Below, in pieces: positions 1 through 11,400 of a stretch of DNA of 64,000 nucleotides. The translations under genes were made by a program, and so were the position numbers. Location of the stretch: positions 288,001 through 352,000 of the forward strand of contig CAWDVP010000002.1 in NCBI GenBank assembly GCA_963805945.1. Direction: 5' to 3'. The notes below the pieces were generated by a model. That model saw only the letters and a list, made by a program, of their open reading frames with translations, was not told where the DNA came from and made no database searches. Numbering within the stretch: the stretch's first letter is position 1; every line of letters begins with the position of its first letter. The DNA comes from Vulcanimicrobiota bacterium. GTDB lineage: Bacteria; Vulcanimicrobiota; Vulcanimicrobiia; Eremiobacterales; Eremiobacteraceae.

Positions 1-221
1 ATCAAGTACAGCTGCGGGATCTTGGTGAGCGCCGAGACCGGTCCGATGCTCGCCCACTCGGCGGAGTCGACGGCGATCTGTGCACCCGCGGCGCGCAGAC
101 GCTGCGAGCCGATCGCCTGACAGGTCGTCTCGGGGCGCAGCCGCCGGATCTCGGCGAGCAAGAGCGCGGCTTGCAAGTCGCCCGAAGCCTCGCCGGCGCT
201 CATGAAGATGTCGGCCGGCAT
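1..221 (-). CDS. lpxB: Lipid-A-disaccharide synthase, 5' part (runs off the window)
   Basis: Manual translation from ATG 221 gives MPADIFMSAGEASGDLQAALLLAEIRRLRP; SAGEASGD is the LpxB N-terminal motif; follows lpxA. Confidence 0.85.
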   Translation of the reverse strand, partial: MPADIFMSAGEASGDLQAALLLAEIRRLRPETTCQAIGSQRLRAAGAQIAVDSAEWASIGPVSALTKIPQLYL

Positions 222-235
222 GCGCGTGCTCGCGG

Positions 236-1090
236 TTATGCCGCGCCCGGGTCGCCGTCAGCGGATGCGGGGGCGCGCGCGCCGCGCCGTGTCGCGGTCG
301 TGTAACCGCGGTCCGAATCAGCCGCGAAGAACGCCACCAGCTCTTTGCCTTCGGGCGTGCGCACTTTCTCGCGCAGGCGCTCGATGACGGTGGACAGCGT
401 CTCGTTGCCCATGTAGAGCATGCGGTAGGCGTCTTTGAGCTCCGCCTGCGCCTCCGGCGTCACCTCCTGCCGCTTCAGCCCGACGCGATTGAGCCCGCGC
501 ACGATCGCCGGGTTTCCTTCGACGAGCATGAACGGCGGACAGTCCTTGAGGATCTTGCTGCGGCCGCCGATGAACGCGTGGCGTCCGATGCGCACGAACT
601 GATGCACGCCGACCATCCCCGCGAGGTTCGCGCCGTCGCCGACGACGCAGTGGCCCGCGAGCTGCGTGAGGTTCGACATCACGACCTTATCGCCGATGTG
701 GCAGTCGTGCGCGATGTGCACGTATGCGAGCAGGTGGCAATCGGAGCCGATGGTGGTCGAGGAGCCCGGCTCCGTGCCGCGGTTGACGGTGACGTATTCG
801 CGCAGCTGGTTGCGGTCGCCGATGCGCACGTACGAGATCTCGCCGCGGAACTTCTTGTCCTGCGACGTGCCGCCGATGACCGCGAACGGATAGATGACGT
901 TCTCGCGGCCGATCTCGGTGTGGCCCTGGATGACGACGTTGGCGAGCAGCTGCGTGCCTTCGCCGATGCTCACGTGCTCGCCGACGAGGCAGTACGGGCC
1001 GATCTCGACGTCGCGGCCGATGACCGCGCCCGGGTGGACGACGGCGGTCGCGTGGAACTTCAGCGTGCGGAACCCTGCGTCTTCTCGCAT
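236..1090 (-). CDS. lpxA: UDP-N-acetylglucosamine O-acyltransferase
   Basis: Hexapeptide repeats, IGGTSQDKKF, LREYVTVNRGT, HIAHDCHIG, VRGLNRVGLKR. Confidence 0.95.
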   Translation of the reverse strand: MREDAGFRTLKFHATAVVHPGAVIGRDVEIGPYCLVGEHVSIGEGTQLLANVVIQGHTEIGRENVIYPFAVIGGTSQDKKFRGEISYVRIGDRNQLREYVTVNRGTEPGSSTTIGSDCHLLAYVHIAHDCHIGDKVVMSNLTQLAGHCVVGDGANLAGMVGVHQFVRIGRHAFIGGRSKILKDCPPFMLVEGNPAIVRGLNRVGLKRQEVTPEAQAELKDAYRMLYMGNETLSTVIERLREKVRTPEGKELVAFFAADSDRGYTTATRRGARAPASADGDPGAA

Positions 1091-1103
1091 GGCGCTGGCG
1101 GGC

Positions 1104-1580
1104 CTACATGTGCAGGACGCTGGCGTCCTGCGTGAACAGACGGGTGTCGGTGACGATGGAGAACAGCAGCTGCCCGGTGCAGACCAGTTGGTCGTCGACG
1201 CGCGCTTCCGCGCTCAGACAGCCGTAGTTGCGCCGCATCCACAGCACGCTGACTTCCATCATCAGGCGGTCTCCCGGAATCACCGGACGGCGGAAGCGCA
1301 CTTCGTTGACGCCTGCCAGATACGGCACCGAGGTCGCCGCCGCTTTCGGCTCGAGGATCACCGTGCCGCCGAGCTGCGCCATCGCCTCGATGATGAGCAC
1401 GCCCGGCATGACGGGGTTGTTCGGGAAATGGCCGGTGAAGAACGGCTCGTTGAACGTGACGTTCTTGTAGCCCGCCGCGCGCTTGAGCGGCTCGAGCTCG
1501 GTGATGCGGTCGAGCATGAGCATCGGGTAGCGATGCGGCAGCGTCTCCATGATGCGGCGGATGTCGATGTCGGTGAGCAT
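1104..1580 (-). CDS. fabZ: 3-hydroxyacyl-ACP dehydratase
   Basis: LPHRYPMLMLDR, NEPFFTGHFP, MPGVLIIEAMAQ. Confidence 0.95.
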   Translation of the reverse strand: MLTDIDIRRIMETLPHRYPMLMLDRITELEPLKRAAGYKNVTFNEPFFTGHFPNNPVMPGVLIIEAMAQLGGTVILEPKAAATSVPYLAGVNEVRFRRPVIPGDRLMMEVSVLWMRRNYGCLSAEARVDDQLVCTGQLLFSIVTDTRLFTQDASVLHM

Positions 1581-1581
1581 G

Positions 1582-2424
1582 CTAGTGTCCGGACGCCGCG
1601 GCGAGCGGCGCGCGCAGATCGCGCGCGGCGGCGACGTGCAGCGCGTGCCCCGTCTTGAGCGCGATCACCTCGCAGCGCGGGTACATGCCGATGAGCGCGA
1701 AGTCGCCGATGAGGTCGAGCGCCTTGTGCCGCACGATCTCGTCCGGGAAGCGCAGCGGCGTCGCGTAGCCGTCTTGTTCCACGATGACGGCGTTGTCGAG
1801 CGATCCGCCCTTGGCGAGGCCGCGCGCCACCAACTCGTCGATCTCCGCGCGGAAACCGAACGTGCGGTTCGGCGCGATCTCGCGCAAGAAGTATTCCGGC
1901 GTGATCGGCGGCGTCGAAAAGAACTGATGGCCGACCGGTTCGGGGAATGCGACGAAGAAGTTGAGCTTGAAATGATCCGCGGGCAGCACGACGAGCAGCT
2001 TGTCCCCGTCGCGGTGCCACGACGGCGCGCGCACGTCGAGGATGCGGCGCGGCGCCGCCTGTGCCACGAGGCCCGCGTCGTCGATCGCCTGGGCGAAGGG
2101 CAGCGCGCTGCCGTCCGCGATCGGTATCTCTTCTCCCTCGACGGTGATGAGCGCGTTGTCGACGCCCATGCCGGAGAGCGCCGCCAGCACGTGCTCGACC
2201 GTGTTGACGACGGCGGTGGACGAGGCGAGCGTGGTGCAGCGGACGGTCGATCGCACCGCATCGGGCGTCGCGCTGATCCGCGAACCATCCTCGAGGACAA
2301 ACGAAAAACCGGCGTTCGCCGGCGCGGGAGCCACGGTCACGGCGGCCCGGCAACCGGTATGAAGGCCGACGCCGCGCAACGTCCATTCGCGGGCGAGAGT
2401 GTGCTGCTTTTCCACCTTCTCCAC
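1582..2424 (-). CDS. lpxC: UDP-3-O-acyl-GlcNAc deacetylase
   Basis: GVGLHTG, TVEHVLAAL, DGSALPF, EIAPNRTFGF, RHKALDLIGD. Confidence 0.95.
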   Translation of the reverse strand: MEKVEKQHTLAREWTLRGVGLHTGCRAAVTVAPAPANAGFSFVLEDGSRISATPDAVRSTVRCTTLASSTAVVNTVEHVLAALSGMGVDNALITVEGEEIPIADGSALPFAQAIDDAGLVAQAAPRRILDVRAPSWHRDGDKLLVVLPADHFKLNFFVAFPEPVGHQFFSTPPITPEYFLREIAPNRTFGFRAEIDELVARGLAKGGSLDNAVIVEQDGYATPLRFPDEIVRHKALDLIGDFALIGMYPRCEVIALKTGHALHVAAARDLRAPLAAASGH

Positions 2425-2433
2425 GCGCCGGCG

Positions 2434-3477
2434 CTACCGGCGCTTACGCAGTTCCGAGACCGCGTCCATCAGCTCTCGCACTTGTTCGAATAATTTAGGC
2501 AGTTTTCGGAACATGACCTTCTGGGCCATCTCGTCTCGTATCGGCAGCGCAGGCGTGCCCCACACTTTCGAATCGGGCGGCAGGTCCGACGTGATGCCGG
2601 TCTGTCCGCCGGCGATCGTGCGGTCGCCGATCTCGATGTGTCCGTTCACGCCGACCTGACCGGCGAGCGTCACGATGTCGCCCACCTTCGTCGAACCGGC
2701 GATGCCGACTTGCGCGCACAGCGTCGAATCTTCGCCGATCGTGCAGTTGTGGCCGATCTGCACGAGGTTGTCGATCTTGGTGCCGCGCCCGACGATCGTC
2801 GAACCGGTCACCGCGCGATCGATCGTGCTGCACGCGCCGACCTCGACGTCGTCGCCGAGCACCACGTTGCCGATCTGCGGGATCTTGATCTGCTCCTTGC
2901 CGACGCGCACGAAGCCGAAGCCGTCGGCGCCGATGACGCAATTCGCGTGGAGCACGCAGTCGTCGCCGACGACGCACTCGTCGAGCACGCATGCGCGCGG
3001 ATGCAGCAGCGTGCGCCTGCCCACCGCAGCGGCACGGCCGACGAATGCGCCGGGCAGCAGCACCGCGTCGTCGCCGATGGTCGCGCTCGCGCACACGACC
3101 GCGCCCGCGCCGATCCACACGCGCTGCCCGAGCCGCGCGCTCTCATCGACTGCGGCGCTCGGGTGCACGAAGGGTCCGCGCGGCAGCGGCGCGGCGAACG
3201 ACCGCAAGATGGCGGCGAGCGCGGCGCGCACGTCCGCCGCGACGAGCAGTGATTTCTCTCCGCGCGGCGCCTGCGCGGCCGCTTCAGGCACGATCACCGC
3301 CGCCGCGCGGGATTCGAGGGCGCGCGTGATCCAGCGGTCATCGACCGCGAAGGTCAGCGCGCCCGGTCCCGCCTCTTCGACCGAGCTCACGCGTTCGATG
3401 AGCAGCGCGGCATCGCCCGCGAGACGCGCGCCTGCGATCGCGGCCAGTTCGTCCAAGCGCCGTGGCGCGCTCATCAT
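2434..3477 (-). CDS. lpxD: UDP-3-O-(3-hydroxyacyl)glucosamine N-acyltransferase
   Basis: IGADGFGF, KIPQIGNV, TIDRA, KIDNLVQIGHN. Confidence 0.95.
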   Translation of the reverse strand: MMSAPRRLDELAAIAGARLAGDAALLIERVSSVEEAGPGALTFAVDDRWITRALESRAAAVIVPEAAAQAPRGEKSLLVAADVRAALAAILRSFAAPLPRGPFVHPSAAVDESARLGQRVWIGAGAVVCASATIGDDAVLLPGAFVGRAAAVGRRTLLHPRACVLDECVVGDDCVLHANCVIGADGFGFVRVGKEQIKIPQIGNVVLGDDVEVGACSTIDRAVTGSTIVGRGTKIDNLVQIGHNCTIGEDSTLCAQVGIAGSTKVGDIVTLAGQVGVNGHIEIGDRTIAGGQTGITSDLPPDSKVWGTPALPIRDEMAQKVMFRKLPKLFEQVRELMDAVSELRKRR

Positions 3478-3481
3478 CCGC

Positions 3482-3901
3482 CTATTTCGGCGACGGTGAC
3501 ACCGGCGTGATGTGCAGTTCTTTCTCGACGTCCGCAGTGATGTCGTCGCCGGCGTACGCGGTGCCCTCTTTGGTGACGACCAGCACGTAGTTGCGCTGCT
3601 TGGCGATATCGGTCGCCGCCTGGCGCACTTCGTTCGTCACTTCGTCGTTCCAGCGCCGCTCTTGCTCTTGGAACTGCGCCATGGCCTTGGCCTTCTCTTG
3701 CGGACTCGTCCGGCTCGCGGCGATCGCCTGATAGTTGGCCTGCAGCTGGTTGAAGTAGTTGATGAATTTCGGCCATGTCTGCTCGAGCTCGGTGATGCGC
3801 ACGTAGGCGACGCGCGAGTGCGCGCGCGCGCAGCCGCCGAAGCTCAACGCCACGGCGACGGCGAGCAATGACATGACGATGCGTTTGTGTGACACGTTCA
3901 A
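3482..3901 (-). CDS. Short OmpH/Skp-like protein, probable lipoprotein
   Basis: Signal ending LSFGGC; VAYV strand, helical middle, C-terminal LVVTKEGTAYAGDDITADV typical of Skp. Confidence 0.7.
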   Translation of the reverse strand: MNVSHKRIVMSLLAVAVALSFGGCARAHSRVAYVRITELEQTWPKFINYFNQLQANYQAIAASRTSPQEKAKAMAQFQEQERRWNDEVTNEVRQAATDIAKQRNYVLVVTKEGTAYAGDDITADVEKELHITPVSPSPK

Positions 3902-5310
3902 CTCCTGGAAGCGGCGGAGGGCGATGAAGTGGTGGCGGGCGACGACGAGCCGGACGGCGACGAGGGCGACGGCGCGACCGGAGGCAGCGCCGCGATCGCC
4001 TTGAGCACTTTGTCGGTGAGATCGACCGCGGACCCGGCGCCGCGGACGGACGACAAGACCACCGCGATGTCGGATGAGCGCGCGATGTCGCCGACCTGCG
4101 CTTGGACCTGCTCCACGATCTTGCCATAGAGGTCTTGTCGCTGCTGGGCCAGCCGCTGCGCCTCGGCGGTGAGCTCGGCGCTGTCCTGGAACTGCATGCC
4201 CGCGATCGCGCTGTACTTGGCGACGAGGGCTTTGCGCGTCTCCTGGTACGAGGCGAGCGCGCGGTCGAATTCGAGCGTATACGCCGCCTGATTCGCGTTG
4301 TGGATCGCATCGGCTTGCGCCTTGAGCTTCGGATCCTTCTGCAGCGCGGCGTTGGCGATGGCGACCTGTTTCTGGTACTGCGTGCCGATGCCCGACATCT
4401 GGGTGCGCAGCTGGTCGTTGGTCTGCTTCTGCCGCGCGACCAGCTTCGTCTGGGTGTCCTTGAACGAGGCGGTACGCGCTTCGTTGAAACGCGCCGCCGC
4501 GTCGCGCTGCAGCGAGTCCTCATACGCGCGCAGATCGGCGTTGTCGCGCGTCTTGAGCTGGTTGATCATCGCCTCTTCGCGCGTCTCGATGTTCGACAGC
4601 TGGCTGGTGTCCTGCGCGCGCTCGTCGGCCGGCAGATTGAGGTCCTCGAGCTTCGTCTTGAGGTTGATGCGCTGCGATTGGCTCTGCTTCGCCAGGCTGA
4701 TCTGATAGTCGGTCTCCTGTTTCTCGTACTGCATGCGGCGCGCTTCGAGCTTGAGGAAGTTCTCTTGCTGCAGCTGGCGAGAGACCTCGCGCAGGTGCGC
4801 GTTATCCGACGTGAACAGCTGCTTCTGGTAATCGCCGTACGCCTTGATCGCGTCGGTCTGGATCTTCTGCGCCTGCGCGCCGTACTGCTGGCCGATCGGC
4901 GCGCTCACGCCCGAGGCCTGGCTCTGCAGCGCGCCGATAGCGGCGTTCTCGCGTTGGCTGTAGTACATGCGCCGCTGGTTGACGGCGATCTGGAACTGCT
5001 GGTCGGCGGCGGCGAGGTCGGCCTGCATGCGCTCTTGCGCCTGCTGCTGCGCGGGCGTCTGCGCCTGCGGCGCGTTCTGCGCCTGGCCGGAGAGCAGCGT
5101 GATCTGGTTCTGCAGCGAATCGAGCTCGACGTGCAGCGGATGCGCCTCGATGATCTTCTCGAGGTCGACATAGCCGACCTTAGTGCCCGGCCCGGACGTC
5201 CCCACGCCTTTGCCGCAGCCGGCGAACGCGACGGCGACCGCGGTCGCGGCGACGGCGGCGACGACGAAGCGGGCGGCGCTGGTGCGCCGCGTACGAGAGG
5301 CTCGATCCAC
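3898..5310 (-). CDS. Long OmpH/Skp-like lipoprotein with extended coiled coil
   Basis: Lipobox AFAGC; KVGYVDLEKIIEAHP at N end and VVLSSVRGAGSAVDLTDKVLKAI at C end, with Q/A/E-rich helical region between. Confidence 0.65.
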   Translation of the reverse strand: MDRASRTRRTSAARFVVAAVAATAVAVAFAGCGKGVGTSGPGTKVGYVDLEKIIEAHPLHVELDSLQNQITLLSGQAQNAPQAQTPAQQQAQERMQADLAAADQQFQIAVNQRRMYYSQRENAAIGALQSQASGVSAPIGQQYGAQAQKIQTDAIKAYGDYQKQLFTSDNAHLREVSRQLQQENFLKLEARRMQYEKQETDYQISLAKQSQSQRINLKTKLEDLNLPADERAQDTSQLSNIETREEAMINQLKTRDNADLRAYEDSLQRDAAARFNEARTASFKDTQTKLVARQKQTNDQLRTQMSGIGTQYQKQVAIANAALQKDPKLKAQADAIHNANQAAYTLEFDRALASYQETRKALVAKYSAIAGMQFQDSAELTAEAQRLAQQRQDLYGKIVEQVQAQVGDIARSSDIAVVLSSVRGAGSAVDLTDKVLKAIAALPPVAPSPSSPSGSSSPATTSSPSAASRS

Positions 5311-6115
5311 TACTTGAGCGCGGCCACGACGTCGGCGGTGATGTCGGTGCCGCCGTAGACGCGATCCGTCTGGTCGACGACGAGGATCAGCTTGCGCTTG
5401 CGGGCGACGTCGGCGATCGCCTTGTCCGTCGCGTCGGCGATCGGCTTGGCGATCCGCTTCTGCTCCGCCTTGAGCTGTTCGTTGAAGGATTGGACGATGG
5501 CGGCTTGCGCTTGGCGGTCCTTGGTGGCCGCGAGCTGCTTGTTCATGTCCTGGCCGAGGCGCTGGCGCGCCGCCATGAACTCGTCGTTGGCCGCTTTGGC
5601 CTTCGGCAGCGCGTCGATCTGCTGCTGGTCGACGAAGCCGATCTCCGACGGCGGCGGCGTGTTCACCGGCGGCACGACCTGGCCCGGCTGGTTGATCGTG
5701 TCGATGACGTCCTTCGTGATGTCATGGCCGCCGTAGATGATGATCTGTTTGTCGACGACGACGCTTAGGCTCTTGGTCGCGGCGACGAGCGCGATCGCGG
5801 TCTGCGCCCGGCCGAGCAGCGGGTCGAACATCTCGTGCTGCTTGGCCGCCATGCGCTGATTGAAGTCGGCGTAGATGCGCTGCTGCTCGGCCTGCGGCTT
5901 GCCGCGGATGGCGCCTTGGAAGTCGCGCGACATCTGATCGCGGAACTGCGCGAACTGCTGCTGCGCCGCCACGAAGGACGGCAGCGTGCCGATCGCCGCC
6001 TGGTCGACGAAGCCGACGTCCGCGACGTCGACCGCCAGCGCCTGCGGCGCGAAGCGTGACGAGCGCGATGCTCGCGAAAAGCGCAGCCGAAATGAAGTTT
6101 TCTGTGCATGTTCAA
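5310..6115 (-). CDS. Tandem two-domain OmpH/Skp chaperone (frameshifted in the signal-peptide region)
   Basis: Two copies of xGFVDQ..I..LP ... VVD..x..YGGxDITxDV; ORF 5310..5972 extends upstream in frame to DVADVGFVDQAAIGTLP. Confidence 0.75.
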
Positions 6116-6161
6116 GTGCTCTCTCTTCGATAGTCGCTCGTACGGGGCCGGTCCGGCGGAC

Positions 6162-8403
6162 CTAGAAGTCCTGGCCGAAACCGAACGAGATGTGCGTGCC
6201 CTGCTGGCCGGTCGCGAAGTCGATGCGGATCAGCTGCGGCAGCACCGGGGTGCTCAATCGGATCCCGAAGCCGAAGTCGGTCTTGATCGAGAACGGGATC
6301 TGCTTGTAGGTCACTTGGATGGGCGGCGGCGGCACCGCCGGCGCGTGCGGGCCGGACGGCGGCACCGGCGTCGGCAGCGGCGTCGCCGCGGCCACGGCCT
6401 GGACGTACGGCGCGTCGCCTGCGTCCGAGAAGAGCACGACCGTCAGCTTCTTGTCCTGCGTGACGGGCATGCGCAGCTCGACTTGTCCGAGCAGCTCGCG
6501 GTCGCCGTAGTAGACGTACTTCGTGCCGCGCAGCTGCTGGTCCGTCAGGCTGTAGAGGTTGTTATAGGGCAGCGAGGGACCATTGTCGCTCGACCAGCCG
6601 ATATTGCAGATGCGCCGCGAGCGTGGAGTGCCGCCGCACGGGATAGAAGCGCGTGAAGTCCACGTCGGCCTTGTTGTAGCGATAGTCGGAGCCGAGGAAC
6701 TTGAGCGCCGCCTGGTCGTAGAAGCGACGAGGTGCCGCCGTAGCGCGGGTTCTGGAAATCATCGCGGTTGTCGCGCACGAGGCTCCCGTTGAGCGCGCGC
6801 AGCTGCGAGTTGCCGCTCTGCGTTCCGTTCGCGCCGGTGGAGGTGTTGATCGTCGTGTTGGTGATCAGCAGCTGCCTGCGGGAAGCCCTGCGCGATGAAC
6901 TCTTGGAACAGCTTCGTGGCGGTGAGGCCGTAGTTGAGCGTCGTGTAGCTCGCGACCGGATGGCCGGTCGAGATCGTGAAACCCGATTGCCGCGAGTGAA
7001 TAGTTCGCGAACTGGCTCGAGCACGGCGACCCGTTGGCCGTGCAGGTCGAGCTGAATCCCGGCTGCGGCGTCGCGGTCAGCGGCGCGGAGACTGCCCGTC
7101 CCCGAGATCGTGTAGAACGGGTTGTTGCCCGGCTGCTTGTAGACCGGGTACGGCTGGTTGGCCACGACGTTGTTGAAGATGTTGAACGACGCGGACGACG
7201 CCTTGAACTTCTTGAGGTACGGGATGTTGATGCCGAAGTTGACGTCGCTGACGTGCGAGCCGCGCGACGCGCTGATCGACGCGCCGTTGCCGGTGCCGTT
7301 CACGTTCGCCTCGGAATACGAGATGTTGCCGGAGAGCCCTTGACCGTACGTGCCGCCGCCGCCGTAGCTCAAGCCCACGCTCGCGGTGCCGGTGCGCTGC
7401 TCGACGACCGTCCAGACGAGCGTCACATAGCCGCACTTGTCGCCGAACGGCTTTGGGCGCGAGGTCGACGCTCTTGAAGAACTGCGTGTTGTTGATCGCC
7501 TCGTAATCGCGGCGCAAGCGCGCGTCGGTGACGAGATCGCCGGGCTTGAGCAGCAGCAGGCGCCGGATGACGTAGTCCTTGGTCTTCGAGTTGCCGAGGA
7601 TCTCCACCGCGCCGACGCGCGATTCGCAGATCGTCACGGTGAGCACGCCCGCGCTGTTCGGGTCCACGCTGCCGTCGACGACCGCGGAGAAGCCGAGATC
7701 CTTGTACAGCGTCTGGATGGCCTGCAGGTCGTCGCCGAACTGCTGCTGCGAGAAGGTCGCGCCGGGCTTCGTCTTCATCACGCCGAGGATCGCCTGGCGT
7801 GTTGATGATCTTGTTGCCGGTGATGTCGATCTTGCTGATCGTGACGCCTTCTTTGACGTCGAGCGAGAGCTTGCCGTCCGGATCGATGTGGATGTTCTTG
7901 ACGTGGCGCGTGCCGGTGTAGCCGAGCTTGTCGTAATACGAATTGATCTTGGCGACGTCATCGCGCAGCGTGTTGGTGTTGAGCACCTCGCCGGCGCTCG
8001 TGTCCATGAGCGCGGTGAGGATGTCGCTGGTGACGTGCGTGTTGCCGTCGAACACGATCTTGCTCACGACCGGGTTCTCGATGACGATGAAGGTGACGCC
8101 GACGCCGCCGGGCGTGGCGCGCACGTCGGTCTTGACGTCCGAGAAGTAGCCGAGGCTGAGGATCGCGCTCTGATCGGCCGCGATCTGCTTGGTGTCCAGC
8201 GGCACGCCCGGCCGCGTCTTGACGACGGCCCCGATCTTGTCGGTTGGGACGTGCGCGTTGCCACGGATGTTGACGGCGGTGACGATGGGTGTGCTCGCCG
8301 CCGGGGTCGCCTGAGGCACGACCGCGACCACAAGGGCGGCTGCGGCGACGACCACGGCCGCACATCGTATCAAGAAACGCAACAGTAGGGGGCTCCTCGT
8401 CAC
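6162..8403 (-). CDS. bamA: Omp85/BamA outer-membrane assembly factor (split by several frameshifts)
   Basis: POTRA repeats (VTAVNIRGN, VSKIVFDGN, VGAVEILGNSKTKDYVIRR), barrel strand VVEQRTGTASVGLSY, C-terminal ISFGFGQDF; pieces 7423..8403, 7077..7961, 6545..7426, 6162..6470. Confidence 0.85.
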
Positions 8404-8497
8404 ACTCGCCCGGCGCCGGCTCGCTCGTGGCTTGGTTCGAGCAGTCGGGCTTCCCAGGTTTTGAGGGACATTCCTGCCCGAACGCCTTCGACGGGCA

Positions 8498-11400
8498 TCA
8501 CTTGAATGTGAACCGCATATCCATCAGATAGGTGACGAATCCTTGGGATGCGACGGTGGACAAGAAGTCGAGCGACGCGGTGTCGCGCAGCAGGTATGAG
8601 ACGCCGTACGCCTGCGTCACCGGCGCCGTCGTCGTCGATCGGTAGAGCACCGACACCGTCGGCGTCACGTACTTGCGCACTTCGACCACGAGATTGCTGT
8701 GCTGATCGAAACCGAGCGAGACGTCCTCCACGTTGAGCGTCTGCGCCAGCGCCGTCGAGAACGATCCCAGGATGTTGCTCGTCAGCTGTGCGCTGATGAT
8801 GCGCTGCGCCTCGCCGAGCAGGACCTGCTGGCTGCCGGCGCCGGTGAACTGGTCGAGGCTCGAGCACCCCGACGACCGATGCGAGGATCTGCTCGGGTGA
8901 CGCTCCCGCGTTCGAGGTGAACTGCGTGTTGAGATGATCGATGCGGCCGGAGAGGACGACGGTGACATGATCGCCTGAGGTGTTGGCGACCGCCTTGGCG
9001 TCGATGGTCGGCAGCACGCCTTGATCGGGATCGAAGGTCAGCGTGCCGTTCTGCAGGCGGAAGGTCGTGCCGAACGTGCTCAGCTGTCCGCGATCCGCGA
9101 TGAACTTCCCGGTGAGCTGGGGATCGCGCACGCTGCCGTCGATGGCGAGCGCGCCATGCGCCGTGAGGTCGAGCGGTCCGCCGTGCACGCGCATGTTCTG
9201 CGCGGTCGTCGTCACGGCGAGATTCACCGACGGCAGATCGAAGAGCGTCGGCGCCGGCGTGGCGAGGTCGGCCTCGGTGAGCAGATGCGGACCCGGTGCA
9301 TAGATCCCGTCGCCGTAGGCGATCATGTGGCCCGGCAGCAGGGGAGGCAGGCCAGGGATGTTCTTCGCCTGTGCCGCGCCCGATGTCTCGCCGAGCTTCG
9401 TCGCGAGTTCGTAGACCGCGGACAGCGGGATCAAGCCGTTGCGCAGGCTCAGGCTGCCCGAGAGGAACGGCGTGGCGCCCGACTTGTTCATGCTGATGTC
9501 GCCGTTCACGACCGCCGCCAGCCAGCCGGGCACGTCGAGCGGCACCGACGCGAAGGTCGAGCCGCGAATGATACGACAGGCCTGCGCTGCTGCGCAGGCC
9601 GACCGCCGGCACGACGTACGCCGCGCCGGCGCCGCTGAACGAGCCGGCACCGACCGCGCCCGAGAGATGGTCGATCGCGATCGAATCGTGCGACAGCACC
9701 GCGTTCGCTCGGATGTCGCGCAGCGGCGTGCGCTGGAACTTCGTCGTCACTTCCCCGCCTTGCAGCGACGCGGTACCGGCGAGATCGGGTTTGCCGGCGG
9801 TGCCGGTCGCCGAGGCGGTCGACGTCGAGCGAGCCGCCGAGCGTGCCGAAACCGGTCGAGCAGCGGATCGAAGACGGCGAGATCGATCTTCTGCCCGCGC
9901 AGGCGCACGTCCATCCGCCTCTCGGGCGGACCCAAAGCGAGCGGCTTCAACTGCAACGGCAGCGAACCCGCGAGATCGATGCTCCCGCCGCCGCCGCCGA
10001 GGGTGAGCGTGGTGTCGCTGATCTCGAGCGACTGTTCCGAGTACGACGCATGCGCGGACAGCCCGTCGAATGCGACGCCGAACGCGCTGCCTTTGCCCGC
10101 GCGCACGAACGCGGTGTAGCTGCGGCGCGTGCACGTCGCCCGCGATCTCAAGGTGCCGGTCGCGCTGCCGCGCAGCGCGACGGGCCGCCCGATGAGCGCG
10201 CCCACGCCGCGCAAGATCCGTGACCACGACGTCGGCGAGCGCGTGCAGCTGGCCGTTGCGGCTGAGCGATCCAGTCGCCGTCGCGCTGCCGAACGGCAGT
10301 TCCATGCTGGCTGGAGCGCAGCGTGAGGGTCGAGGGATCCGCCGACAGCGATGCCTTGCGCCGCGCGCAGCGGCACCTTGCGCACGTAGCCGTCCTGGAC
10401 CGTGAACGACGCCGTGCCTGATGTGTGACGCGGCGTGCCGCTCGCCTGCACCGATGCGTCGAGCGTGCCGCGCAGACCGACATCCTCCAAGCCGGCGAAG
10501 CGTGCCGCCAGGCCGAGGTCGGCGTGATCGACGTTGCCCGCGACCGAGAAGGCGGCGCTGCCGAAATCCGGCAGCACGCCGTGATGCCGGCGGAACGAGA
10601 CGTCGCCGATCAAGCCGCTGCTGCCCAGATCGCCGCTCTGCGCGATCACCGCATGCAGGCCGCCTCCCGTTGCGCCGCTCAGCACCGCGCCGACCGAGCC
10701 GAGCGGCACGCCGCCGGCTTCCGCGCCGTCGACTTCGAAGCCGCCCTCGCGCTCGACACGCCGCGCGCGAACGAGACCGCGACATCGCCGCTGCCGATGC
10801 CCTGCAACGCGTTGTAGCCGTCGAAGAAATCGTTCACGTCGGACAGGTCCATGCGCGGGATCGCCGCGTGCGCCGCCGCTGCATCCTGCGTGTAGCGCCC
10901 GTCGAAATCGAGCACGCTCGAGCCGAGCTGCGAATGGCCGTCGCGCACGACGAATGAGCCGTGGCGCATGTCGAACGCGGCGCTCATCTGCGTGAAGATG
11001 ACGCCGCGGACCGTGCCGGCGCCGATACCGAGATCGCCGGCGATCTGCGGATCGCGAGCGGTGCCGCGCACGCTCGCGTGCGCGTTGAGAGTGCCGGTCA
11101 GGGGCGTGCCGGCGGGCAGATACGCGCCCACGATCCCGTTGACGTCGCCGTCGCGCACCGAGCCGTCGAGGACGAGCGGTGCGCTATCGAGCGGCACCGG
11201 CGGCGATGCCGCTCATGGTGCCGTGCACGTCCGCGCGCGTGCCCGCCACGTCGACGCGGCCGTTCGCGCTCAGATCACCGCCGTCGTAGACGATGTCCAC
11301 ATCGCCGTCGAGCGGGGTGCGACGATAGCGTCCGCCGGTCAAGGCGATGCCGGCGCTAGCGCGGTGCCGTTGCGGCTCGGCGTCGCGTTGCCGATGATCG

